DNA from: Malacoraja senta | Lineage: Eukaryota | Direction: 5' to 3' | Length of the DNA: 64,000 bases | Assembly: GCA_038087875.1 (NCBI GenBank) | Contig: CM075997.1 | Coordinates: 7,566,001 to 7,630,000 of the forward strand | Part shown: positions 40,124 through 52,145 of the stretch, in pieces | Layout: every line of letters starts with the position of its first letter | Numbering within the stretch: the stretch's first letter is position 1 | Program-made: the position numbers and the translations under genes | The notes under the pieces: generated by a model | Database searches by the model: none | The model's input: the letters and a program-made list of their open reading frames with translations, nothing else | What the model was told of the DNA's origin: nothing

Positions 40124-40475
40124 AATAATAATAATAATAATGGATGGGATTTATATAGCGCTTTTCTAATACTCAAGGCGCTTTACATCGCATTATTCAT
40201 TCACTCCTCAGTCACACTCGGTGGTGGTGAGCTTCTTCTGTAGCCACAGCTGCCCTGGGGCAGACTGACGGAAGCGTGGCTGCTAATCTGCGCCTACGGC
40301 TCCTCCGACCACCACCAATCACTCACACACATTCACACACATTCACACGCAGGCAAAGGTGGGTGAAGTGTCTTGCCCAAGGACACAACGACAGTATGCA
40401 CTCCAAGCGGGATTCGAACCGGCTACCTTCCGGTTGCCAGCCGAACACTTAGCCCATTGCGCCATCTGTCGTCCC
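40124..40475 (-). mobile_element. Apparently full-length tRNA-derived CORE-type (AFC-like) SINE inside the Gypsy 3' LTR
   Basis: 5' GGGACGACAGATGGCGCAATGG (A-box-like), B box GGTTCGAATCC, CORE motif and (ATT)n tail. Absent from the 5' LTR and near-identical to 12034-12373. Confidence 0.92.
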
Positions 40476-41214
40476 GAGGTGTCGTGCTGACAACACCTCG
40501 TTTTGTAATGCTGCCAAGTTACTGTGCTGATTAAAGATGTGTGTAAATCTTATACAGTCTAAAGTGATTTACACTAGAGACATGCCAAATTCCATCAGTC
40601 TCCTCCAGAAGTAGAGTCGTCGATGTGTCTTGTTGGATGTCGCATCAATGGGATTGTCCCGCGTCATATCATTCGTGAGAATAACGTCATGCAACTTGTA
40701 CTCTCTGCCATTTTAAATTCCATAGCATTGATGCAGATTTGGGCCTTCCGAAAGTCAATAACTACCTCCTACAACTTGTCCTCATTGAAAGAGAGATTAT
40801 TATCCTGCCACCATGTCACTAAGTTCGCTATCTTCATCTTCTACTTCGTCTCCTCGTTGTACATTAGTGATCCATCACAATGGTATAATCTGCAAAGTCG
40901 TAGATACAATGAGAGCCCAGTTTGGCCGAACGGTGCCGACTGTAGATGAGGTATCGTAGCGGACTGGAAACGAATCATTGCCGGGCTCCGGTGTTATTCT
41001 GGGGGCGGTGTCACCTAACCTCACTGACTGGGGACTGTTGGAGCGAAAACCGAGCATTCAATGGTGGAGTGAGAGAAGATACCTTGCACCAGGAGTTTGG
41101 ATATAATAGACACACTGTTAAACGCAACATGTAAAGCTCGAGACTGTTCCTACTATCAATTTTATTCGCCGACTGAGCTGGGACTCATATTAACCCAAAG
41201 ATGTTTGGGAAAGA

Positions 41215-41335
41215 ACGGCAGATGCTGATTTAAATCTACAGTAGACACAAAATGCTGGAGTAACTCAGCGGGACAGGCAACATCTCTGGAGAGAAGGAAT
41301 GGGTGACGTTTCGGGTCGAGACCCTTCTTCAGAAT
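41215..41335 (-). mobile_element. Penelope-type short repeat with a minimal hammerhead core
   Basis: Minus strand reads CTGAAGA-A-GGGT-CTCG-ACCC-GAAAC-GTC. Confidence 0.7.
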
Positions 41336-41459
41336 GAATCTTAATCCAGTCTTAAGCCAGTGACTCGTACTTCCATTTTAATACAAAAGTGGTCAGATTA
41401 GTGTTCACTTCCCTATTGTCTACAAATTGCCAATTCCCCATTGTCTCCGACTGGACCTA

Positions 41460-41843
41460 TATTGACTGGAATTTAGAAGTATGAGAGGGTATCTCATGGA
41501 AACGTACAAAATTATTAAGTGACAGGCCAGGTTAGTTTCTGGAAAAAGGTTCCGAATGTTGTCGGAATCCAGATCTAGGGGTCACAGTTTAATAAGGGGT
41601 AGGCCATTTATTACTGAGATGTAGAAACAAAATTACCCGGAGAGTTGTGAATCTGTGCAATTATCTGCCAATTCACTGGATGTATTCAAGAGAGAGTTGG
41701 ATATAGTTCTTAGGTCTAACGGGATCAAGCGATATGGGGATAAAGTAGGAACGGGGTGCTGATTCAGGATAATCAGCCATGATCATATTGAATGGCGGTG
41801 CTGGCTGGAATGGCCTACTCCTGCACCTCTTTGCTATGTTTCT
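41460..41843 (+). mobile_element. CR1 3' fragment
   Basis: CR1 ORF2 end and 3' UTR GAATGGCCTACTCCTGCACC...CTATGTTTC. Confidence 0.8.
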
Positions 41844-43499
41844 AAACACATTCGCTCCAGTCCTGTTTGTACCTCATAAATTCAACATTCATTTTCTGGG
41901 GTAAAGGGTACTGGAGCACCAGATATGTTTGCGAGCAAGAATTGCTTCTCATCTCAAGGCACTCCATGGGAAATACCTTCTCTGAAACTAGAATGTTAAC
42001 GTCATCACCTACGCATCGGTTGTGTAATGCCGTCAAAGCCTCGCAGAATCCTACATTTACTGTGTCAAGAAATTCACTTGACGTTCTTCCAAATTGCACA
42101 GCGTAGATAAATCTCAACTTCAGTCTCTACACCGTATTGAAATTAAGGACTGCATTCATTAAAATATTTTGTGTAAGGGTACAATATTCTGCTGATCATG
42201 GGCCAGTAACTAGATTTAGCAAATGTATAGCATATACAGAGTGTTACTTGGCCTGTACCTCTGCTCCGTGACTTTATGACCCTCGATTCAGTGTATGCAC
42301 GTTTCTCCATTTGTGGTATCACCGGCAGTAGTTAGAGAAAGGTTTCACTACTCTTTCTTTGTATGAGCCGAGCTATAGGGAGCGACGAGGACTTTATTCC
42401 TTGGAGCGCAGGTAGCCGATTGGACCTCATAAAAGTGTATGCGGAATAGAAAGGGTGAATGCGCCGTGTTTTACCCAAGGGGCAATCAAAAAGCAGAGGT
42501 TTATGGTGAGAGGGGCAAGATTTACAAGGTAATCACGGGAATACTTTACATTCGGGCGGCTATACCTGTATGGAACGAGCTATCAGAGGAGCTAGTTGAG
42601 ATATGTTGAGTTGAAGCTGCCATAACTACAGTCATTGCGTTTGGAAATATAGCTACCATCTCGAAAGTGGAAATAGATAAATAGGTGAGCAACTTTGGTT
42701 ATTTGTGTTGAGCAATCAATGTTCGTCAGGAACTGATCCTGTAACAATGTTCAGCTGCGCTGCCGAGCCAGTTTACACTCTAATGCAGAGTGCTGTGCAA
42801 CACTAGTGTTTGCGTGCTTGTCCATTGTTTGCCGACTTGTATTTTGTGAATCGATACAACATCGTGAATTTGCTTCACCTACACCGGAACTTTGAGAAGA
42901 TAATCCATTTATAACATTAGATACTTTTAAATAACATATTGAATATTGTTCTTCATTCCCTTCAAACCTTGATTTGTAAGAATGAATAACGTTTGCATAA
43001 GCCGCATTGTATAATTCCGTACTCCGTGGAACTGGATATGTATCGTCGGAGAAATCTAGCTCTGTATAAACACATACCATGGACGGGTACACGGATAGGA
43101 CAAGTTTGGAGGGTTATGGAACTAACGACGGCAGGTGGGACCAGTGTAGATGGTACATGTTGGCCGGTGTGGGCCAGTTGGGACGAAGGGCTACGAATTT
43201 AAGTTTAGATTTATAATTGGCACATTTAAGGAGGTACAATGTAATACGGCATACAAACAGATCAGATATTCCATGCAGATATACTATTAGTTGAAACCTA
43301 AGTACGATAGAGAAACTATAGGGGAATATACTGAGTGTAGTATGTAGTGAACGGTTGCATTAATTGTTAATTTTGTTTGTAATTTAATTGTAATTATTTT
43401 TTTAGCCAAGTATGTAATAACATATAATAAATGTGATTGTAGCGCAAGTGTTCCACAGACAAAGTTCAATATCTGCAATGGGCTATAGGTAAATCGGAC

Positions 43500-44370
43500 A
43501 ATGCCCTTGGTTTTTGAAAGGATTGTTCACAAAGCTGATAATGGAAGGTAAGAAGCTATTCATTAGTGTGATGGGACACGCTTTCAGGTTTTTGGACCTT
43601 AAATGGACGTTCTTGGAACATGGGTGAGAAGGAGTGACTGTGGTGGGACAAATCTATGATCATGTCGGCTGCTTTTCCGAGGCATCGTGGTGCAGATGGA
43701 GTAAATGGTGGGAAGTCTGGTAGGTGTGATGGACTGTGCTACATCGAAAATATCTCTACAATTTCTCGCCGTCTTGGCAGAGCTATTCCCAAACCAAGCT
43801 GCGGTGCATCCACACGGTATGCTTTCAATGGTGCATCTGTAGAGGTTTCTGGAAGATGCGTGAGTCTCCTCGTGAAGACGAGTGAGCATTCTTGTCTGTC
43901 TGATCTGTGCGGTTGATCCAGGTCACATTGGTGGTAATATTCACAATCAACTTGAAGCTGAACTATTTCCACTTCCGCACAATTGATCCTGATTGACGCA
44001 TGTACTCCGCCATGCCTGCAGCATTTAATAACTATCCCATTCGTCTTGATGACATTGAGGGAGAGGTTGTTGTTCTGACACAATGTCAGTAAGTTCACTA
44101 TCTCTTTCCTGAACTCCACCTCATCATTGTTCCTCAGCCTGCCCCATCACAGTGGTGTCGACAGCAAACCTATTAACGAAATCAGAGGGAACAGTGGAAA
44201 GTGGAAAGAGAGTATAGGACGGTACCGAGACACGTCGTAGGAGGGCGCAGGTATTGTGAGTTATTATGGAGGAGCTGTTGTCACCGCTCATCACTGACTG
44301 AGGTCCGTGGGCCATGGAGCCGTGGAATCAGTGGCAGAGGGTGGAGAATATTCCTCGTCCTAGAGTTTGG
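43500..44370 (-). mobile_element. Old Rex1/Babar-like RT fragment (inverted paralog at 56300-56890)
   Basis: FAVDTTVMG, LCQNNNLSLNVIKT and LYRCTIESI...AWFGNSS motifs. Confidence 0.7.
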
Positions 44371-45164
44371 AGATCCCCCCCCCACACACACACACAGTTA
44401 CTCACGGTCACACGCACAATGCCAAGCTCAGGCCTGTTCACACATTTAATATCACAATGACTAAACCATGGCCGGATTTAGATGAATAGAGGCCTTAAAC
44501 TGTTCCACTTTTGAGGCCCCTCTCAATCCCCCTCCCCCACGACTAGAGGAAGATGGTCCACCAGATGGACACCGATTTGCAGCCGAGTGTGGCCAATGAG
44601 ATAAGGGGCTGGAAAGCTGCGCTATTTATTTATTTATTTATTTATATGTTGCCCGTGCTAGTGTCGAGTTATTGGCTTAAAACACTATTATTCTGAAATG
44701 GGGGGCAAGGAAAATTACTGAAGTGATGTTTAGAGACTACAGTGCATTTTGACAGCATATGTAAGAAAGGCCTATGACAGTGTCAAAAATATTATACACC
44801 TTGCAGGGCTCACTTAATTTATTTCTCTGTTGTCAGCCGGGCAACGTTGGCAGCTTTTTAAGTTGCCAAATGACAGTTTAGGTTGTCATTTAAGACGGCT
44901 TGCATGACGCGTGCGATAATGTGCTCGGACGAAGTGCCTAGTTACCAATCGGAATTATGCTCAATGAAGCATTCACATATTATTTATGCTTCAAATAAAG
45001 TCACAAACAGAACATTCACCAATCAACATATGATATATACCACAATGACATGCAGCAAAATTCTAATACAGTATCTCAACTCTTTTTACACATTGCAATG
45101 AATGCAATCTCTATTATTTCTTTCCACTTCCAAACAAAAATGTGGTTGGATTATTCAGCCTATG

Positions 45165-46333
45165 ATCAACCTCGGTGAGACCAAGCGCAGGCTTGGCGAT
45201 CGATTCGCACACCTCCACTCAGTTCACAACAACCAACCTGATCTTCCGGTGGCTTCAACCCCCCATACCCATTGCGAATCAGACGTTTCTGTCCTTGGCC
45301 TCCTCCATGGCCAGAGTGAGGCTCACCGCATATTGGAGGAACAGCACATCATATTTGCTTGAATAGTATACACCCCAGCGCTATGAACATTGGCTTCTCT
45401 AATTTCAGGTGGTCCTTGATTCTCCCTCCTTTCCGTCCCATTTCCAGCTCTCGCACAGCCTACTGTCTCCGCCGCTTCCTTTCTTTTTCGTGTCCCCCCC
45501 CCCCCCCGACATCAATCTGAAGAAGAGTTTCGACCCGAAACGTCGTCTATTCCTTCGCTCCATAGATGCTGCCTAACCCGCTGATTTTCTCCAGCATTTT
45601 TGTCTACCAATGGGATCGCACCACTGGCCACATCTTCCCATCTTCTCCCCTGTTGGCTTTCCGCAGAGCCTGCTCCCTCCGTAAATCACTGGTCATATCG
45701 TCCCTTCCACCCAAACTACCTCCTCGCCTGGCACTTTCCCTTGCAACCGCAGGAAATGCGAAACTTGTCGCTTTACCTCTCCCCTTGACTCCATTCAAGG
45801 TTCCAAGCAGTCGTTCCAGGTGCGGCAGAGGTTCACCTGCACCTCCGCCAACCGCATCTATTGCATCCACTGCTGTAGGTCTCAGCTGCTCTACATCGGT
45901 GAGGCCAAGCGTAGGCTTGCCGATCGCTTCGCCCAACACGTACTCTCGGTCCGCAATAACCAACCTGATCTCCCGGTGGCTCAGCACTTCAACTCCCACT
46001 CCCATTCCGAATCCGACCTTTCTGTCCTGGGCCTCCTCATGAGCCAGATTGAGGCCAACCGTCAATTGGAGGAGCAACACCTCATATATCGCTTGGGCAG
46101 TTTACACTCCAGCGGTATGAACATTGACTTCTTCAATTTCAGGTAAACCCTGCTTTCTCCTCCCCTTCCCAGCTCTCCATCAGCCCACTGTGTCCGCCTC
46201 TTCCTTTCTCCCTCCCGTCCCCCCCACCCTCACTTCAGTCTAAAGAAGGGTCTCGACCCGAAACGTCGCCTATTTCCTTCGCTCCATAGATGCTGCCTCA
46301 CCCGCTGAGTTTCTCCAGCATTTTTATCTACCC
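45165..46333 (+). mobile_element. Penelope-like element, two tandem 3' copies with GIY-YIG endonuclease remnants
   Basis: RFTCTSANRIYCIHC...LLYIGEAKRRLADRFAQH...GMNIDF. Both copies (45165-45608 and 45609-46333) end in CTCCAGCATTTTT(G/A)TCTACC. Confidence 0.88.
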
Positions 46334-46344
46334 ATTCACACAAG

Positions 46345-46870
46345 TTCTGTTATCCCACTTTCCTAACCCACTCCCTGCATATTCGGAGCAATTTTACAGA
46401 GACACGTTAACCTGCAAAGTCAATGCGTCTTTGGGATGTGGGAGGAAACCTACATGCTTGCAGGGAGAATGTGCAAATTCAACACAGACAGTGCCTGGGT
46501 ACAGGATCGAACACAGAGGCAGCAAGTCTACCATCTGTGCCACTATATTTTGTTTTCCAACACACACAAAATTATACGTTGATAACTTTGGTTACGAAAA
46601 AAATGAAAATATCCATTTCAGTTTTAAATCTCCAAGTGACGCTATGTCCCGCTTTACAGCTAATGCATGTTTTAATTAAGTTCAAGACAATGGGGCAGTA
46701 CATTAGCCATAAAGTTCCTGCCTAAAAGTGCCAGACACCCGGAATTGATCCTGAATATGGATGCTGTCTGTATAGAGTGTGCTCCTTTTCCCTTTGATCG
46801 CTTGGGTTTTCTCCGGGTGCTCTTGTGGGGTGCTCTTGTGCCTTCCATATTCCAAAGGTGTGCAGGAAAC
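46345..46870. mobile_element. Two degenerate V-SINE/HE1-like fragments (- at 46345-46545, + at 46690-46870)
   Basis: GGGAGAATGTGCAAATTCAACACAGAC and TGGGTTTTCTCCGGGTGCTC resemble V-domain motifs. Confidence 0.55.
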
Positions 46871-47995
46871 TATTTCAGACACAATCCAAAACGTAATATT
46901 TTCCTTTTGTCCAGAGATTCTGTCTGACCTGTTGAGTTACTCCAGCTTGTCTATCTTCAATTTAAACCAGCATCTGCAGTTCCTTCGTACACACACGATA
47001 CTAAACGATAGATCTTTATTAATCCCAGGAGGGAAATAATAAAACACTCATGACTCTTGACTTACTCCGCTAACGTGTGGGATAGAACTCGTGTACGGGT
47101 GATCGGTGGTCGGCGTGGACTAGGTGGGCCGAAGGGCCTGTTTCCACGCTGTTTCTTTAAATTAAAGTAAAAACACTAAAACCAGAGGGAGTCTAAAGAA
47201 GGGTCTCTACCCGAAACGTCACCCAATTTCTTCTATCCAGAGATGCTGGCTGCTCCATGGAGTTCCCCCGCACAATTTCAGCATGGAATAGTCTTCACCC
47301 TACCATAGTTACCCAACCAGATGCAACTAAATTGAACATACCTCTTTTTTCCCCAAGAACCCTTTTTTGCTTAATTCGAAGTCAAGAGTCAAGAGAGTTT
47401 TATTGTCATGTGTCCCAGATAGGACAATGAAATTCTTGCTTGCTGCAGCACAACAGAATATGTAAACATAATACTGAAATGTAGATAAAAGTTCAGTGTG
47501 TTTATATACCATAGATCATATATATACAAAATAAATAAACAGATAAAATGCAATAGGCTGTTATTGTTCAGCCCGCCACCACCTCCAGTTTAAATTCCAA
47601 TTAAAATATTTATGCAGGACCAGGAAACCAGAAGCAAGAGTTACTCCAAGGAGTTATTCCTGCTCCAGGGTCAGGGAGTGATTTTGCGTTGGTTTTCAGC
47701 GGTCGCGGCGAGGCGGCGACCGGACAGCAATGGCGGCAAGATCTCCCACAATTCAAAGCGATGGATAAAGTGCCCAGCGCCGACCAGTTTCCATGGCAGT
47801 GCGCATGCGCAGGGCGGCCGATGATGTGCTGCCGTGGTTGAGCGCATGTGCAGGGGGGGAGGATGTGCTGGCCGTAGCAGAGCGCATGTGCAAGGCGGCC
47901 TGCCGTGCCGGCGGAAGAGGACCGAGCGGAGAGCGGAGACCCGGCGGCCCGGACACGGATACGGATGGCGGGCGGAGACGGAGGTTGACAGACAT

Positions 47996-48026
<31 letters not shown>

Positions 48027-48939
48027 GCCCGCCCAGAGTTGAACGGCAAGTGTCCTGCCTTGGCCGGAGGCCGCCTAGATTTCGATGCAGTAGGCTTCAG
48101 CCTATGAAACCTAGTGGTAATCCGGATCTGCGAGCACACCTCCCCCCTCTCGAGGCCCTAAGCTTAAGTTTGTCAAGCTTATACGTAAATCCGGCCCTGG
48201 ACTAAATTGATCCTGGTGTCACGTTTATTTCCATACCTGGTCATATTGTTATTCAGATCCCTCTTGTCCACAAGGAACTTCGTTCCAATCCTGATTGTAT
48301 TACATAAACGGCCATACCGTTCTCTGGCGTGGAGGGTACTCGAGATTCAGATATATCAGATAGAGTAAATTACATCTCATCTCAGTCACTCCAAGGTGAA
48401 TTCATATTCTGATCTTCTGATCCTAACGTATCGTATACCCGGATCGGTGTCAAGGAAAGGCCGCCAACTCCACGATGTTAAGGCATTGTGCGGACGGAGA
48501 TACGATACGGAAAAAATCGCATCTCCGTCGAAGTTCGAGATTGATAAAATAAGTTACCCCCAACTTCCCCCCTCGCCCCCAACAACCCCACATAAAACAA
48601 ACCATGGAACTATAAAACATACTTTAACACATTAAAGATAACACAAGAAGAAGAAAGGGCAGACAGACTGTGGCGAGGCGGCCACTACTGGTGCCTAGGT
48701 CAGAACGTGGATAATATTGAAAGTAAGAACAGACTTGAACATTACTGTATGCATTTAGCAATGTGTACATGTATGCTCAAAAGGATGGCTTCTCCAAACT
48801 CCGGTACCGAGCTATCTTTCCCCTCTTCTGCACTATTTCTGCACAAACAGCCCTCAGTCAGTGATTATAGATGACACCCCCTCCAGAATAACCCCAGAAC
48901 ACTGCAAGTATTGGTTTTCAGTCCGTTACTATACCTCAT

Positions 48940-49480
48940 TTAAACTGGCGACAGTGCTGCCAAACCCGGCTCTTATTGTATCTACGAGTTTGAAGATGAT
49001 ACAAATGGGATGGGTCAAATAATGTGCAACGTGGAGACGGAGTAGAAGACGAAGATACTGAACTTAGTGACATGGTGTTAGGACAATAACCCTCTTTCAA
49101 TGTCAGCAAGTTGAAGGAGGTCGTTATTGACTTCATGAAGCATGGTGGAGAACAGCCCACAACTGCATCAATGATATGGAATAGAAAATCGTTCAGAGCT
49201 CAATTTGTATGGTATTACATTACCAACGATCTGTCGTGGGGTAATCACATTGATGCGACTTCCAAGCAATTGTAACAGGGCTGACAATACCGCACGAAAT
49301 TGCAGTTATAAATATAGCTCAATTCATCACACAGACCAGACGTCCCACCATTGACTCCATCTACACTTCACACTGCCTCGGAAAGAAAACAACCAACGTA
49401 AGCAAAGACTTGTTCATCCCTGTCAGTTCCTCCAAGTAACGGATGCACTACAACACGCTTCAGTGCTGCGAACTATATAC
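48940..49480 (+). mobile_element. Highly decayed Rex1/Babar-like RT fragment
   Basis: Degenerate FEDDT and WC.DNNPLFNVSKLKEVVIDF motifs. Confidence 0.55.
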
Positions 49481-50946
49481 TGCACTCTGTATCTTCCACA
49501 TTGCTCTATATACTGTATTGTCAGAGAACACGGTAACAGACCTTTCGGCCAGGCTACCGACCGATGTGCCCCATCTACTCTAATCACTCCAACCCATCTT
49601 TCGCCCCACATAACCCCAAATCTTTCCTATCCACCAATCAGTCTACCTGTCCTTGACATGTTGTGACACTTACTTCCTCAACTACCTTCACTGGTATCTC
49701 ATTCTCTAAACGAATCCATATCCCCACCACCCGATGTCCTCGAGTTTGAACTGACAATGTCTATAAATGGTATATCTAATGTGTCTGGATAGCATTTAAA
49801 ACACCGCTTTTTACATGTACTCATGTAACAATAACAAACTTATACCTGAAGCTCAGACCTAAAACGCCTCTCATCTCAATTGTTTACCACATCGCGATCC
49901 CACAGGGATATCTGAAGGCTTATTGTTCCATTGTTCCAGATATACACATGCACATTTAAATAATATGTTTACACACATTCTTTGTTTTGTGTTTTTACAG
50001 AACTCTAATCCTCCAACTGCATTTGTCCAGTTAGACGGAGAACTGAATTATGCAATGTGACTTGAACTAAGGTTATTCATTCTCATAAATACACGGATAA
50101 TTCAGGGTTTGATGGAAATAACCAACAATATTCAACATGATATGCTTTATAATGAACTATACTCTGCATTGTGTATCTTCCTCCACGCTCCAAATACAGG
50201 ATTTTAATTGATTGTATCGATAAATGGCATATCTGGACTGAATAGATAGCGTGCAAAGCCACGCTTTCCACAGTACCTACGAACATGTGACAATAATAGA
50301 CCAGCCTCACCGTAAATAATTTAATGATCTGATATAAGTAAAAACCATGAACAGAGCGGGATGTTCGTACTACGATTGGTATAAGAATGTCCATGTAACG
50401 GAACCAGTATTGATTAAACAAGAGAAGGTGTTGAATGGCGGTTAACCACAAATAAACTGTTGGACAAATGCGAAGACAAAGTGACGAGTGGGCACGGCTG
50501 GAAGAACACAGTCAAACACCCGACACCGTATCGTGGACCGTATTAATTGCCGGGCATTTGCAATACAACATAAAACATAATATACTCAGAAGAATAAAAC
50601 AGCTCATATGTAATATCAGAAGTAAATTATCTTACCTAAGTTTGTCCCTTATACCCAGCACCATCTTTGTGTCAAGTCTTCCCTTCAGGTTCCTTGTTAA
50701 TTTTGCTCTCTCACCTTAAACCTATGCTATCTGATTTTTGATTTTACTTCGGAGTCACGTGAGTGATTCCCTGAAGAACCCGCCAGTCCGGATACGTGTA
50801 TTACGTCTGACGCATGGCGCAGCGACCGGCTGGGAGGGGCAGCGCTCCTTCAGCGGTAAGTTTTAAAAACCCTCGGGTAAGTTTAAAACTTATTCGGATG
50901 TCGTTTTCTGCGCTTGGTAGTTCTTGTTTCAGCAGCGAGTTCAATT

Positions 50947-52143
50947 ATGGAGAAAGCGTCGAGGGTGAAGTCAAGGCGAGCCGCCGGGAGAGTAGCTCTG
51001 GAAGACCGCGGGGGTGCGGGTGGCGGGCGGCCGCCTAGCTCACCTACCGAGTCGCTAGCGGTACGACCAGCGACTGCAGACTTGGTGTCTGAGAGCACTG
51101 TGGCTGCACCCTTGGGGCGCAAAGCCACTAAAAAGTATTCACGGCCAGTAGACTCGGACGAGTAGGGCCGGGAGGATTCCCCACCGATAAGGGATAACAT
51201 ATTTGGACGGTTGGCCAGGATGAAGCTCTTATTGGAGAGGATGCTCCACCAAGATACACTCCAACAGGAGGAGTTGTGCCAGCGCCGGCCTCTTCCAGAG
51301 CCCGCGCCAGCGGCACCTGTATCATTGCTGCTTAACGTCTCCCTCTTGGAGGAGGAGAGCATGAGGAGTCAGTATTCTGACGCCGAGTCTGTGGGTTTAG
51401 CTGTCGAGCATACCCCAAGGGAAGAAGGGCACGAGTCAGAGGTACCATTCCTGGCAGCAATGTTTGCCGTCCCAACAGACTCAGGAGAACCGCTGGGTGA
51501 AGAGTTGGCCGCAAGTATTAATTACTTGGCGTCACAACAGCTTCAAGAACTTACGATGGATGAAACGGCCAAAAAGTACGACACCCCGGCTAATTGTGTT
51601 CTGCTAAAATTGCCGTTGGTGAACCACGCCATCTGAGGTCATATGGGCGTAGGAATAATAGCTCACGAAATGAGACTTCAGAAGGTGCTGAAGCTGCTCG
51701 CCTCGGGCATTACTGCGTTCGCCGGGTCGGTGGATGGAGGGCACATGTCTGATGTACAGCAGAATGCCCTGGCCCTCATGTGCCATGCGCATTTCGAGAT
51801 AACATGTCTGAGAAAAAGCGCCATGCGCCCTACCATCAACCGGAAGTTCGCCGCTCCGTGTAAACCCAGCAATGTCCAGCCACCCAATCTGCTGTTTGGT
51901 GAAGACCTCGCAAAAAGGGTCAAGGAGGTGGACGACGAGGCAAGAACGGTCGGACTGATCAAATCACCGATGACCAGCAGATCGATTGGGCGGCAGTACC
52001 CCTACAAAAGCTTTGCTGAAACCGGGTCCCGTCAAGGACCAATCCGGCCATTCACAAATATGGGCAGCTGGCGCACTCCACAGGAGCACGGTCGAACATG
52101 TCTTTTCCCACCAGAAATAGGGGACAGAAAATTCCACCGGTAA
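50947..52143 (+). pseudogene. DIRS ORF1 (gag-like), disrupted
   Basis: In-frame pieces separated by stops (ending 51165, 51636 and 52143), with KYDTPANC...VNHAI and LLFGEDLAKRVKE. Position upstream of RT fits DIRS ORF1. Confidence 0.7.
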
Positions 52144-52145
52144 CC

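Larger units (their letters stand above)
38694..40573 (+). mobile_element. Internally deleted Gypsy element: LTR, tRNA-Leu copy, integrase, PPT, LTR
   Basis: LTRs at 38694-38899 and 40003-40573 (the latter with a SINE insert). TSD CTAGA at 38689-38693 and 40574-40578. PPT AGGGGGAAGGA at 39992-40002. No gag, PR, RT or RH. Confidence 0.95.
38470..41140 (-). mobile_element. Old Rex1/Babar-like LINE fragment hosting the second Gypsy
   Basis: CTVESILSGCTTVWIGN at 38567-38690 continues in degenerate form at 40575-41140. Confidence 0.6.
44467..48199. mobile_element. Non-autonomous hAT DNA transposon carrying nested Penelope, SINE and LINE fragments (~45165-47570)
   Basis: TIRs CATGGCCGGATTTA (44467) and TAAATCCGGCCCTG (ending 48199). 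8-bp TSD GACTAAAC/GACTAAAT. The insertion is absent from the inverted paralog near 56230-56245. Confidence 0.85.

Noticed and set aside
47700..48130. CpG-island-like promoter with NRF1-like GCGCATGCGC
   Set aside because: It lies inside the hAT subterminal region and no associated gene is visible.
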